A stretch of DNA of 64,000 nt from an uncultured delta proteobacterium. GTDB taxonomy: Bacteria; Desulfobacterota; Syntrophia; Syntrophales; UBA5619. The notes beneath the pieces are model-generated. The model made no database searches. It was given only the letters and a program-made list of their open reading frames with translations, and was not told the DNA's origin. The stretch spans positions 37,358-101,357 of the forward strand of contig CAWFOM010000008.1 of the NCBI GenBank assembly GCA_963817385.1, in the 5' to 3' direction. Positions 32,642 to 42,790 of the stretch are shown piece by piece (position 1 is the first letter of the stretch; each line of letters begins with the position of its first letter). Made by a program: the position numbers and the translations under genes.

Positions 32642-33316
32642 ATGAACATTCTGATCTTCGGACCCAACGGAAGCGGCAAAGGAACCCAAGGAGCGGTGGT
32701 ACAAAAGAAGTACGGCATACCCCTCATCGAGACCGGAGTAATCTTCAGGGATAACATGAAGAAGGGAACGGAGCTTGGCAAGAAGGCTAAGGTATTTATC
32801 GACCGCGGCGAGCTCGTCCCCGACGATGTCACCATCCCCATGATCCTGAGCCGCCTCCAGGAGGCCGACTGCAAAAACGGTTGGCTCCTGGACGGATTCC
32901 CCCGGAACCTCGCCCAGGCCGAGGCTCTCGGAAATGCCCTGGAAAAGGCGGGGATGAAACTTGATTATGTTATCGAAATCAAACTCGACCGCGCGATCGC
33001 GAAAAAAAGGATCATGGGGCGGCGGCTCTGCGGAGTGGATAACAACCATCCGAACAACATCTATATCGAAGCCATCAAGCCGGCGATGAAGAACGGAAAG
33101 ATGGTCTGCCGCGTCTGCGGCTCCGAGACGCTGACCACCAGGGCCGATGATCAGGACGAGGCGGCAATCGACAAACGGCACGGCATCTACTACGATACAA
33201 CAACGGGAACCCTTGCCGCCGTCAATTACTTCAGGCAACGGGCCGAACTCCTGGAGGTCGATGGCACCCCCGGTGTAAATGAGGTCTCCCAAGCCCTGTT
33301 GGCACAACTTACGTAG
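32642..33316 (+). CDS. adk: adenylate kinase with Cys/His metal-binding LID
   Basis: GPNGSGKGTQ, LDGFPR, C-x5-H...CRVC. Confidence 0.95.
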   Translation: MNILIFGPNGSGKGTQGAVVQKKYGIPLIETGVIFRDNMKKGTELGKKAKVFIDRGELVPDDVTIPMILSRLQEADCKNGWLLDGFPRNLAQAEALGNALEKAGMKLDYVIEIKLDRAIAKKRIMGRRLCGVDNNHPNNIYIEAIKPAMKNGKMVCRVCGSETLTTRADDQDEAAIDKRHGIYYDTTTGTLAAVNYFRQRAELLEVDGTPGVNEVSQALLAQLT

Positions 33317-33369
33317 ACATATTCCCCGCAACCGACGAAGCGGTCTTTCCCAGGGATTATCCTCGTGAT

Positions 33370-34530
33370 TCACGGCCTTTTTTGCAATTTCTTGATAAAA
33401 CTGCCTGGATACAAATCCTTTATTTTTTTTATCGTAAAGTAATTCAACGCCTCGTTTTCCGTTTTAAAGTTTCCCAATAGTATGCGATGCCAGACGCCGC
33501 TTCCTTCTAAAAGGGCCGTTTCGATATGTATCCCCGGTTCATTCTTTTGCAAATCGTCCGCAAACGCCCGAGCGTCCTGCCAATCGCGGAAGGCTTTAAT
33601 CTGTATACTATATCTCCTCTCTGTGTCAGAGGTGATTTTCGTGGCGTTCGGCGGATTTGGCGGAGCCTTGATGTAACCGGGCGGCGACGGCATGTTGCCC
33701 GTGTCGGGGTATGAATCGGCCGGCGACATGATGGTCTTCTGTTTCAGCAGGGTTTCACTTCGATGGGGAGACGGTGGCCCCGCATTGCCTTCTGCAGGAT
33801 CAACGGCAGGCAACGGCAACACGGCGATTGCGGGTGGCGTAATGACGGAATGAGTTGGAAACGGCAGGGAATTGCCGACCTGCTGTGACTCCGTATCCTC
33901 GGGAATGGGGGAATTGAGCCACACCTTTCCATCGAAGTAGGCAAGATGAGAAGTCAATCTGTTGATTCTCAAAGAGTAGAGCTTGTTCCCGACTTTCAGG
34001 GAATCGTAATGGTAGAGAGTAGGCCATACGAGGAACATGAAGATAATCACAACCATTGTCGCCGCGCTGCCGATAGGCCATGAATATCTCCGAAATACTG
34101 AATATCTTGCGGCAGTCGATGTTCTATCGTCCCCTATCCCGTCTCGTTGTAATTCAGATAAGGCCTCCCCGGAAACAGCCGGAGATTGATGTCTTGATGC
34201 ATTTGGCCGTAAAGTCAAAATATCTTCGTATGTATTCGCAATTTCGTTCAACCTTTCCGCTAGTTTATCTTGACCCAGAGGCTGTTGATAACGATTACCC
34301 GATGAGACTTTCTGGTATTTCTTATTGGACTGTGGGATAGTTGATGGAGCAGCCGAAGGGGGGATTGGCGCACTTGCAAATCCGGGGGGAAGATCCTTGC
34401 TCTGTTCTCCGGAAGACTCCGCCTGATCAAGCTGGGCGACATGGCAATAGAGAGATTCCAACTCCTCCGCAAGGCCATGATCGTCATGGTTTTCAGGTTC
34501 ATTTTCTTGTCCGGTTACGCTCTTCTCCAT
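33370..34530 (-). CDS. single-TM protein with C-terminal SPOR domain
   Basis: Central TM, Pro-rich linker, YSIQIKAF...WHRILLGNF. Confidence 0.75.
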   Translation of the reverse strand: MEKSVTGQENEPENHDDHGLAEELESLYCHVAQLDQAESSGEQSKDLPPGFASAPIPPSAAPSTIPQSNKKYQKVSSGNRYQQPLGQDKLAERLNEIANTYEDILTLRPNASRHQSPAVSGEALSELQRDGIGDDRTSTAARYSVFRRYSWPIGSAATMVVIIFMFLVWPTLYHYDSLKVGNKLYSLRINRLTSHLAYFDGKVWLNSPIPEDTESQQVGNSLPFPTHSVITPPAIAVLPLPAVDPAEGNAGPPSPHRSETLLKQKTIMSPADSYPDTGNMPSPPGYIKAPPNPPNATKITSDTERRYSIQIKAFRDWQDARAFADDLQKNEPGIHIETALLEGSGVWHRILLGNFKTENEALNYFTIKKIKDLYPGSFIKKLQKRP

Positions 34531-34535
34531 AATCT

Positions 34536-35195
34536 TTACAATTCACTGCCTGCTTTCCAATGTCTCATATAGGCCTGAATGATGACGTTTGTATCAAGTT
34601 GAAGGCACTGCGCATACAACTTCAAAAAACTTTTTAGATAGACGTCGGGGGGGAAATGTTCGGACCGGTCCTCTTCAATGGCTTCCAGTATGGTAATCGT
34701 TACTTTTGTCTCCAGGGCGATCCGCTCCAGAGGCACCCCAAGCACCATTCGTATTTTTTTCAAGTCCTGACCGGACAGACGGTCCTGCCTCAGGATCTCT
34801 TGAATTACCGAATTTTCCGAAACGAGGGTTTTATCCACACCCGGCACCTTCGGCAGCCAGTGATGCTGCAGACCCTTTCGCTGGATGGTATACAGCGGAA
34901 TCCGCACTTTCGATTTATCACGGTACTGTTCACCTTCTTCCATGACGCCTAATTCCATTAACGTACGATCATAGGCCGTCCTGGATTCGGGATTGATCAG
35001 GGTCAAATAGGCCGCTTCCAGCCGGGAAAGGATTTCCCTTCGTTCGGTATCCGAAAAAAAAGCTGACGCCGCCATGCTATCATCCTGATAGAGTTCAAAA
35101 GCCTCCAGGTACGCATGATGTATTTCATATGGCGATGCGCCGCTGGAAATTTCAAGGATTTGATAATGGGTTTGCTTCTGATCGGGTTTCATCAT
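34536..35195 (-). CDS. J-domain-like plus RodZ-type helix-turn-helix protein
   Basis: THYQILEIS...LEAAYLTLINPESRTAYD (no HPD); LKKIR..LERIALETKV..LEAIE..VYLKSFLKLYA. Confidence 0.75.
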   Translation of the reverse strand: MMKPDQKQTHYQILEISSGASPYEIHHAYLEAFELYQDDSMAASAFFSDTERREILSRLEAAYLTLINPESRTAYDRTLMELGVMEEGEQYRDKSKVRIPLYTIQRKGLQHHWLPKVPGVDKTLVSENSVIQEILRQDRLSGQDLKKIRMVLGVPLERIALETKVTITILEAIEEDRSEHFPPDVYLKSFLKLYAQCLQLDTNVIIQAYMRHWKAGSEL

Positions 35196-35204
35196 CAAAC
35201 CGAA

Positions 35205-36152
35205 CTAGGATGCCCCTGAGAAAATCTGATGAGCGGCATACGGGATTTCAGCGGGTTTATGATTTAACGTCATTGAATTCTTAAAGCAGTTCCGAAGATC
35301 GAGGGCAGTCCGGGTATACGGGTACAGGTCGAGAAAGGGACGTTTTTTACAGATGGAATGATGAACATGATCGTCAAAGGCGACGGTGCCGAGAAATTGC
35401 ATTTTCAAGGTGAGATGCTTGTCGATGATCTTACAGATGAATTTCCCGATGTTGGGATTATCCTGTTTGCGGTGCTGATTAACCAGGAGGGCAAACTCCA
35501 AAGCGCTTAACTCCTGTTCCAGAATCTCTCCTTTTTCCGGATCCAGTTCTTTGATGACTGAGAGCAACAAATCAGGGTTGGTCACGGTGGCTTTACTGTT
35601 CCGCTCTTCCGCCTCCATAACCAATTCTCTGAAATGGTGAACGGTAAGCACCTGCCTTATTTTGCGGAAATAGACGGAACGGATAAGCCGATAGATATTT
35701 TCCGTGGCCGTCGGTTCCGGCGTCGTTATGAAGATGCCCGAATTGGAAATCAGGAAAAAGTCAATCGTGTTAAAGGATGTACCCGCACCAAGATCCAGCA
35801 GGATGTATTCATAGGGAAGCTTGACAACCTCCCTCATGATCTTCATTTTTTGTTCATGAGCCAAATTGGCGATATCCAGATTGTTCATCGCTCCGCTGAT
35901 CAGAAAGAGATTGGGCGTTGGCGTAAGGACAATCGTTTCGCACAGTGAGCTGACCCGTTTATTGATAAAATCGGAGAGACTCTTTTCCGGGTTTGGAGCG
36001 CCAATCGTCGTATGGAGGTTAGCGGCCCCAAGATCAAGGTCTATCAGCAGGGTTTTGTAACCCTCTCTGGCAAGGAGCATACCGAGGGAGCCCGTGACAA
36101 AGCTCTTTCCGGTGCCGCCTTTACCTCCTCCGATGGGCCAAATCCGCACCAT
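35205..36152 (-). CDS. MinD/FleN-like P-loop ATPase
   Basis: GGGKGGTGKS, DLDLGAANLH, LDLGAGT, TPEPTATEN. Confidence 0.85.
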   Translation of the reverse strand: MVRIWPIGGGKGGTGKSFVTGSLGMLLAREGYKTLLIDLDLGAANLHTTIGAPNPEKSLSDFINKRVSSLCETIVLTPTPNLFLISGAMNNLDIANLAHEQKMKIMREVVKLPYEYILLDLGAGTSFNTIDFFLISNSGIFITTPEPTATENIYRLIRSVYFRKIRQVLTVHHFRELVMEAEERNSKATVTNPDLLLSVIKELDPEKGEILEQELSALEFALLVNQHRKQDNPNIGKFICKIIDKHLTLKMQFLGTVAFDDHVHHSICKKRPFLDLYPYTRTALDLRNCFKNSMTLNHKPAEIPYAAHQIFSGAS

Positions 36153-36310
36153 AGACCACCCCTGATCGGATGTTTAATCTTTGATTCTCTTATTTTATCG
36201 GTCATTATCAGGATAAACCCCTTTATTGTCAATGGAAAATATGAGACATCTTTTCCGGATTTACTAACCTCTGCAAGCATGGTAAAGTGCGCGAAAAACG
36301 GTAAGGAAAA

Positions 36311-38107
36311 ATGGACAATATCAGGAACTTCAGCATTATCGCTCACATCGATCACGGCAAGTCGACCTTGGCCGACCGCATGATCCAGTACGCCGGCGTC
36401 GTCGATGACCGTAATTTTCAGAATCAGATTCTCGATAATATGGATATCGAGCGGGAGCGAGGGATCACGATCAAGAGCCAGGCGATCTCTCTCCCCTATC
36501 GGGCTAAGGACGGCCGGACCTACACCCTGAACCTCATCGATACGCCGGGCCACGTCGACTTCACCTACGAAGTGTCGCGGTCGCTCGCCTCCTGCGAGGG
36601 GGTCCTGCTTTTGATCGACGCGGCCCAAGGCGTCCAGGCCCAGACGCTCGCCAACCTCTATCTCGCAATGGAGCACGACCTCGCGATCATCCCCGTCATC
36701 AACAAGATCGACCTCCCCTCGGCGGACGTGGAGCGGGTCATCGAACAGATCGACTCCGAACTGGGCCTTGATCCGGACACCCATCTGAAGTGTTCGGCCA
36801 AGGAGGGAATCGGGATCGTAGAGATCCTCGAGGCAATCGTGGAGCGGATACCGCCGCCCACGGGAGACCCGGAAGCTCCGCTCGCCGCGCTCATCTTCGA
36901 CGCCAAGTACGACGCCTTCCGGGGAACGGTGATCACCTGCCGGATCTTCACAGGGACGGTGAAGGCCGGCGACACCATCCGTCTCATGTACAATAACGCT
37001 ACCTACCGAGTGGAAGAGGTCGGCCATTTTATCCTTACCCGTGAGAAAAGGGAACGGCTTGCGGCAGGCGAGGTCGGTTACATTATCGCCGGCGTGAAGA
37101 CCGTATCCGACGTCCGGACAGGCGACACGATTACCCTCGACAACCGCCCCTGCGCGAAACCGCTTCCCGGCTTCAAGGAGGTGAAACCGGTCGTTTTCGC
37201 CTCGATCTATCCCATCGCCTCGGACGATTACGAGGACCTGGCAGTATCCTTGGAGAAGTTCAAACTCAACGACGCCTCCTTCATTTACGAAAAAGACTCC
37301 TCGGCGGCCCTGGGACAGGGGTTCCGCTGCGGTTTTCTGGGACTCCTCCACCTCGATATCGTCCAGGAACGCCTTGAGCGGGAGTATGACCTTTCCATCA
37401 TTCTCTCGGTCCCCAGCGTCCGTTACCGGTTCACCCTGCGGGACGGGACACTCGTCTACGTGGACAACCCAACCCACTACCCCGAACCGATGTCGATCAT
37501 CAAATCCGAAGAGCCGTATATCAGGGCATCGATGATGCTCCCCGAGCGCTACCTCGGCGCCGTCATGAAGCTCTGCATGGAGAAGCGCGGGGTAAACTCG
37601 ATACTCAATTACCCGAATCCCGGCCGGGCGGAGCTGATCTACGAGATGCCGCTTGCCGAGGTGATCTTCGACTTCTACGACCGCTTCAAGTCCGTGACCC
37701 AGGGGTACGGCTCGTTCGACTACGACCTGATCGACTACCGGGAGAGCACCCTTGCCCTCCTGGACATCCTCGTGAACGGCGAAAAAGTCGATGCCCTCTC
37801 GCAGATCGTCCATCGCGAACGGGCGCGCGCCCGGGGCTTGCAGGCCTGCGAGCGGCTGAAGGAGGAGATCCCCCGTCAGATGTTCAAGATCGCGATCCAG
37901 GGGGCGATCGGCGGCGAGATCATATCCCGTTCGACCATCTCCGCCTTCCGGAAGGACGTAATCGCCAAGTGCTACGGGGGCGACATCTCCCGAAAACGGA
38001 AGCTTCTTGAAAAACAGAAAAAAGGGAAAAAACGGATGAAGATGATCGGGAACGTCTCCATCCCGCAGAGCGCCTTCCTCGCGGTCCTGAAGTCCGATAC
38101 GGAGTGA
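36311..38107 (+). CDS. lepA: elongation factor 4
   Basis: IAHIDHGKSTLADR, GFRCGFLGLLH, KCYGGDISRKRKL. Confidence 0.97.
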   Translation: MDNIRNFSIIAHIDHGKSTLADRMIQYAGVVDDRNFQNQILDNMDIERERGITIKSQAISLPYRAKDGRTYTLNLIDTPGHVDFTYEVSRSLASCEGVLLLIDAAQGVQAQTLANLYLAMEHDLAIIPVINKIDLPSADVERVIEQIDSELGLDPDTHLKCSAKEGIGIVEILEAIVERIPPPTGDPEAPLAALIFDAKYDAFRGTVITCRIFTGTVKAGDTIRLMYNNATYRVEEVGHFILTREKRERLAAGEVGYIIAGVKTVSDVRTGDTITLDNRPCAKPLPGFKEVKPVVFASIYPIASDDYEDLAVSLEKFKLNDASFIYEKDSSAALGQGFRCGFLGLLHLDIVQERLEREYDLSIILSVPSVRYRFTLRDGTLVYVDNPTHYPEPMSIIKSEEPYIRASMMLPERYLGAVMKLCMEKRGVNSILNYPNPGRAELIYEMPLAEVIFDFYDRFKSVTQGYGSFDYDLIDYRESTLALLDILVNGEKVDALSQIVHRERARARGLQACERLKEEIPRQMFKIAIQGAIGGEIISRSTISAFRKDVIAKCYGGDISRKRKLLEKQKKGKKRMKMIGNVSIPQSAFLAVLKSDTE

Positions 38108-38148
38108 GGGCGCCCGCATCCCGGACCATAACGAAGGCAACATCTGCC

Positions 38149-39291
38149 ATGACGGACCATCCTGAAGCGGGCAATCCCGCGGGCATCTACATCCACATCC
38201 CTTTTTGCGTGCAAAAATGCGGATACTGCGGCTTCTCCTCCACGACAGACCGGGCGCTGATCCCCGATTTTCTCACGGCCCTGAGCAGAGAGGCGTTCTC
38301 CTACCGGGAGAAATGGGACCGATTCGATACCCTCTACATCGGCGGCGGGACCCCTTCCGTTCTTACGACGGATGATCTCGGGCGCATAATCGACACTATG
38401 CGAACGGCTTTCACGATCGCATCCGCTGCGGAGATCACCGTTGAAGTCAACCCCGGCGACATCAATGCGGCATATCTCCGGAGGATGCGCGTCGCCGGCG
38501 TGAACCGTCTCAATATCGGCTGCCAGTCATTCGACGACACAACTCTCGGCTTCTTGGGCCGCCGCCATACGGCCCGGCAGGCGGGTGAGTCCATCCGCCT
38601 GGTCCGTGAGGCGGGTTTCGATAATTTCGGCATCGATCTCATCTACGGCATCCCCGGCCAGTCGATTGCCAACTGGAATGAAACCCTCGGGGAAGCCCTC
38701 TCCTTCGCGCCCGATCATCTCTCCTGCTACCAGCTCACCATCGAGGAGGGTACACCGCTCGCCGAGCTGCAACGGAAGGGAGAAGTTACCCTGCCCGGCG
38801 ACGCGATCCAGGCCGATTTTTTCCTGATGACCTCCCGGATACTCGAAGAGGGCGGATACGATCACTATGAGGTTTCAAATTTCGCCCGCCTCTCCGAAAC
38901 GCAATCACGTCACAATAAGAAATACTGGAACCATACTCCTTATCTCGGCCTCGGCCCTGCCGCCCATTCCTTCGACGGCCGCGGACGCTGGTGGAACACC
39001 CGCTCCGTCGACGCCTACGTCGGTGAGCTTGCCGCGGGACGCCCGCCCGTGGCAGCTTCGGAGCTGCTCACCCCGGACCAACTGCGGATGGAAGCCCTGT
39101 TCCTCGGTTTTCGGACCAAGCGGGGGGTGGATCTGGGGGATTTCAAGAGGCGCTTCGGCTGTGATCTCGTTAAAGAAAAAAGGAAGATTCTGAAAACGCT
39201 CGCGGAGGAGGGTCTGGTGGAGATCCGGGACGGTTTTCTGCGGCCAACGCGCGCGGGGATGGCCGTGGCCGACAGCTTGGCCCTGATTTGA
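38149..39291 (+). CDS. hemW: radical SAM heme chaperone HemW
   Basis: YIHIPFCVQKCGYCGF, GGGTPS, YEVSNF, HNKKYW. Confidence 0.88.
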   Translation: MTDHPEAGNPAGIYIHIPFCVQKCGYCGFSSTTDRALIPDFLTALSREAFSYREKWDRFDTLYIGGGTPSVLTTDDLGRIIDTMRTAFTIASAAEITVEVNPGDINAAYLRRMRVAGVNRLNIGCQSFDDTTLGFLGRRHTARQAGESIRLVREAGFDNFGIDLIYGIPGQSIANWNETLGEALSFAPDHLSCYQLTIEEGTPLAELQRKGEVTLPGDAIQADFFLMTSRILEEGGYDHYEVSNFARLSETQSRHNKKYWNHTPYLGLGPAAHSFDGRGRWWNTRSVDAYVGELAAGRPPVAASELLTPDQLRMEALFLGFRTKRGVDLGDFKRRFGCDLVKEKRKILKTLAEEGLVEIRDGFLRPTRAGMAVADSLALI

Positions 39292-39406
39292 GGTGGGCTG
39301 TTTTACCCGGTAAACGATTTCCTCTTCCCCGACGTTGGTTCCCGAGACAGGCAGAATCCGGGCGGCGACGGCCGGTGCCCCCTCCGGACCACCCCGGTCA
39401 CGGCGG

Positions 39407-39769
39407 TTACGGCCGATCTGATTTCCTGTCGATATCAGGATTATCTCCGTTTTTCCGGAAGTGTTTCACGAGGACATTGATTCCCACCAGAATCAGAAGG
39501 AGCGGGAGAAGGAAGGTTGCAATGGCGTAGATCTTCACCTCCAGGTTCTCTGAGATGAGAAAGATCAGACCGACACAACCGATGACCCACCCCCCGAGGT
39601 CATTCGCGCGTTGGAGCAGCGTCCCCAAGGCGATGACGATCAAAAGCAGGGGCCAGCTTTGACCAAAGCTCCAGACGTTCATCTTGCCCAGGATAATCAG
39701 TATCCCAAGCGTTATCATGATCATGCCTCCCGTCAGAATGCTTCTTTTTTCTCTCTGTTTCGCGGCCAT
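39407..39769 (-). CDS. small membrane protein (LiaF/DUF5668-like)
   Basis: Four TM segments, WPLLLIVI motif, GGAGG RBS. Confidence 0.65.
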   Translation of the reverse strand: MAAKQREKRSILTGGMIMITLGILIILGKMNVWSFGQSWPLLLIVIALGTLLQRANDLGGWVIGCVGLIFLISENLEVKIYAIATFLLPLLLILVGINVLVKHFRKNGDNPDIDRKSDRP

Positions 39770-39912
39770 GGCATGACCTCCTTTCCTTAGCACACGGACA
39801 CCCGGTGACCTTCACCGCATGTGTCGCTTTTCCCCGGTAAGCCGTACGGTTCACCGAAGGAGGGTCGGCAAACGATAAACCGGGCGGTAAAGCTGCTCCC
39901 GTCGGCTCGTCA

Positions 39913-40671
39913 TCATAACTTCTCCGCCAATTTCAGGAATGGTTTGAACAGATCGATCGGAATGGGGAAGACCGTCGTGGAGTTATTCTCCGCCGCGATC
40001 TGGTTTAGGGTCTGGAGATAGCGGAGCTGGAGCGACATCGGCTGCGTCTCCATGAGGGCCGCCGCCTCGATCAGCTTCTGGGCCGCCTGGAACTCACCTT
40101 CCGCATTGATCACCTTTGCCCGCCGTTCCCGTTCCGCTTCAGCCTGTTTGGCAATCGCCCGTTTCATCTCCTCGGGCAAGTCAATCTGCTTGACCTCGAC
40201 GTGGGAAACCTTGATCCCCCAGGGTTCAGTGCTCCTATCCAGGATCTCCTGGAGACGGAGGTTGATCTTCTCCCGCTCGGAGAGGATCTCGTCAAGTTCC
40301 ATCTGGCCGCAGACGCTCCGGAGGGTCGTCTGGGAGAGCTGCGAGGTGGCGTAAAGGTAATTCTCCACGTCGATCACGGCCGCGTTCGCGTCGATGACGC
40401 GGAAATAGACGACGGCGTTCACCTTGATCGAGACGTTGTCCCGGGTGATGACATCCTGAGGCGGGATATCCATCGTGATCGTCCGCATGTCGATCTTGAC
40501 CATCTTATCGACGATGGGGATCAGGATGATGAGCCCCGGCCCCTTCGTGGCGATGACCCTTCCCAGACGGAAGATGACCCCCCGCTCGTACTCGTTGAGA
40601 ATGCGGATGGCCGAAGCGAGGAACATGACGACCAAAACGACGATGACGATGACTGGATACATTTCTGACAT
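39913..40671 (-). CDS. SPFH/stomatin (slipin) family protein
   Basis: [30 protein letters not shown]. Confidence 0.93.
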   Translation of the reverse strand: MSEMYPVIVIVVLVVMFLASAIRILNEYERGVIFRLGRVIATKGPGLIILIPIVDKMVKIDMRTITMDIPPQDVITRDNVSIKVNAVVYFRVIDANAAVIDVENYLYATSQLSQTTLRSVCGQMELDEILSEREKINLRLQEILDRSTEPWGIKVSHVEVKQIDLPEEMKRAIAKQAEAERERRAKVINAEGEFQAAQKLIEAAALMETQPMSLQLRYLQTLNQIAAENNSTTVFPIPIDLFKPFLKLAEKL

Positions 40672-40684
40672 GACTGACCTCCCT

Positions 40685-42010
40685 TTACTTTTCTATGGGT
40701 TCTATCCTGACTTTCAGATTCTCCACACGGATCACCCGGACCTTGGCGCCCTTCGCCACGGGAACGTCGCTTACCGCGCTCCAGTACTCCCCGTGGATCA
40801 TGACCTTTCCTTCTTCGAAGACATCGGTCACCGCCTCTCCCTCTTCGCCCGCCATCCCCTCCTGCCCGCCCTGCGTTTTCCGCAACTGGGACCTGACGGC
40901 GATTACGATGATGGCGATGAAAAAGAGCGACGTGACCGTCACCGCCGGGATCAGGACGCTCCAGGAAATCCGGAGGGAGGGGTCAGGGGTTTCGAAAAGC
41001 ATCAGGGAACCGATGACGAGCGAGACGATCCCCCCAACGGTGAGGATCCCGTGGCTGACGACCTTGATCTCCGCGATGAAAAGGATGATGCTGAAGATGA
41101 TCAGGGCAATCCCCGCATAGTTCACGGGGAGGGTCTGCATGGCAAAAAAGGCCATGATCAGACAAATGCCCCCGATCACGCCGGGAAGGATGACGCCTGG
41201 CGTGGAAAACTCGAAGTAGAGGCCGGCAAGGCCGATCAGGAGGAGGATGTAAGCGATGTTCGGATCGCTCAGCGCCGAGAGGATCTTCTGGCGGCTCCCC
41301 ATCTTCTTTTCAAGTAGCACCGCGCCGTGCGTCCTGAGGACCTTTTTCCCGCCGGGGAGAGAGACTTCCCGGCCGTCGGCCTGCGCAAGCAACTGGCTGA
41401 TATCGGTCGCCACCATGTCGATGACCTTGAGGCGAAGCGCCTCTTCGGCGGTGATCGATTCGCTCTTCCGGACCGCCTTTGCGACCCACTCTTCGTTTCT
41501 CCCCCGCTTTTTTGCAATGCCCTGGACATAGGCGACCGCATCGTTTTCCACTTTGGCGCTCATCGTCTTGTCCATCGCCCCCCCGATCCCCAGGCCGACA
41601 GGGTGAGCGGCGCCGATGTTCGTTCCCGGGGCCATCGCCGCGATGTGCGCGGAGATCGTGATGATGACGCCGGCTGATGCCGCTCTCGCCCCGGCCGGTG
41701 CCACATAGACGATCACGGGGATGGGAGCGTTCAGGATCCCCTTGGCAATGTCCCGCATCGCCAGATCCAGGCCGCCCGGTGTATCAAGACGGATGATCAA
41801 CCCCTCCACACCGCTCTGAGCGGCTTCTGCTATGCTTTGGATGATATACTCGGCGATGGGAGGTGTGATCGTGGCGTTGACCGTGATCACGTCAAAGACC
41901 GGCGCCTTCGGCGCTGCCATCACCGGGTGCGCGGCGAGGACGAAAAACAGGAGCAGTGTGGTAATCTTGAGAACCGCGCAGATTCCCCTTCCCGCCATCT
42001 GTATTCTCAT
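40685..42010 (-). CDS. nfeD: NfeD family membrane-bound serine protease
   Basis: [20 protein letters not shown]-terminal OB fold; upstream of slipin gene. Confidence 0.88.
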   Translation of the reverse strand: MRIQMAGRGICAVLKITTLLLFFVLAAHPVMAAPKAPVFDVITVNATITPPIAEYIIQSIAEAAQSGVEGLIIRLDTPGGLDLAMRDIAKGILNAPIPVIVYVAPAGARAASAGVIITISAHIAAMAPGTNIGAAHPVGLGIGGAMDKTMSAKVENDAVAYVQGIAKKRGRNEEWVAKAVRKSESITAEEALRLKVIDMVATDISQLLAQADGREVSLPGGKKVLRTHGAVLLEKKMGSRQKILSALSDPNIAYILLLIGLAGLYFEFSTPGVILPGVIGGICLIMAFFAMQTLPVNYAGIALIIFSIILFIAEIKVVSHGILTVGGIVSLVIGSLMLFETPDPSLRISWSVLIPAVTVTSLFFIAIIVIAVRSQLRKTQGGQEGMAGEEGEAVTDVFEEGKVMIHGEYWSAVSDVPVAKGAKVRVIRVENLKVRIEPIEK

Positions 42011-42048
42011 ATCGTTCAGCCCCTTTCTCTTTTCACGCCTTCGTCCCA

Positions 42049-42790
42049 TTATTTCGCATCGCCCCGGAGAGACTTCATGACCATCTGGACATCCTCCCAG
42101 ACCTGTTTCTTCGCCCCGGGGTTTCTCAGCAGATACGCCGGATGGTAGGTCGGCATCAGCGGAATCCCCTGATAGGTGTGGAAACACCCCCGCAGGACGC
42201 TGATGGGCGCTTCCGACTTCAGCAGGGTGTGGGCCGCAAAGGTTCCCAGTGCGCAGATCACCTTCGGACGGATCATCTGAAGCTGCCTGATCAGAAACGG
42301 CTCGCAGGCGGCGATCTCGTCCGGCTGGGGATTGCGATTCCCGGGCGGGCGGCACTTCAGGATGTTGCATATGTAGACTTCCTCCCTTTTGAGCCCCATC
42401 GCCCCGACGATCTTCGTCAGGAGTTGCCCGGCTCGCCCCACAAACGGTCGCCCTTGGGCGTCTTCGTCCGCGCCCGGCGCCTCGCCGACAAAGACCAGTT
42501 CCGCCCGGGAAGAGCCCTCGCCGAAGACGAGACGGTGTCTCGTCTGATGCAGCAGGCAGCGCCGGCAGTCGCCGAGTTCCTCCCGGACCGTCTCCAGTGC
42601 ACAACGATCCGCGCCGGCATGATCCTCCACCATCGGAGCCATTGCCTCCGCTGGCATCCGCTTCACCGCCGCCCTTATTCCGGAAGAGATAGGAGAGGGG
42701 TCTCCCCCCCGCCCTGTCAACACGCACCCGTTCCGAGAGAGATCGTACGAGGTGCAGGAGCTCTTCCCTCGGTTCAGCTTCAGCGCTCAT
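42049..42790 (-). CDS. udg: family 4 uracil-DNA glycosylase; N-terminus apparently frameshifted at G7 tract (42704-42710)
   Basis: CRRC, VGEAPG, PFVGRAG, KCRPPGNRNP, TYHPAYLL. ATG 42790 is in another frame; an in-frame ATG exists at 42657. Confidence 0.85.

Noticed and set aside
32571..32645. Read-through of further in-frame TGAs after the FmdB G-H codons
   Set aside because: No second SECIS at suitable spacing and the peptide looks non-coding; 32571-32573 taken as the true stop.
36044..38143. 699-aa ORF antisense to lepA, and similar long shadows over topA, trmFO, rpoN and kdsD
   Set aside because: GC codon-bias shadows of conserved genes; no motifs or RBS.
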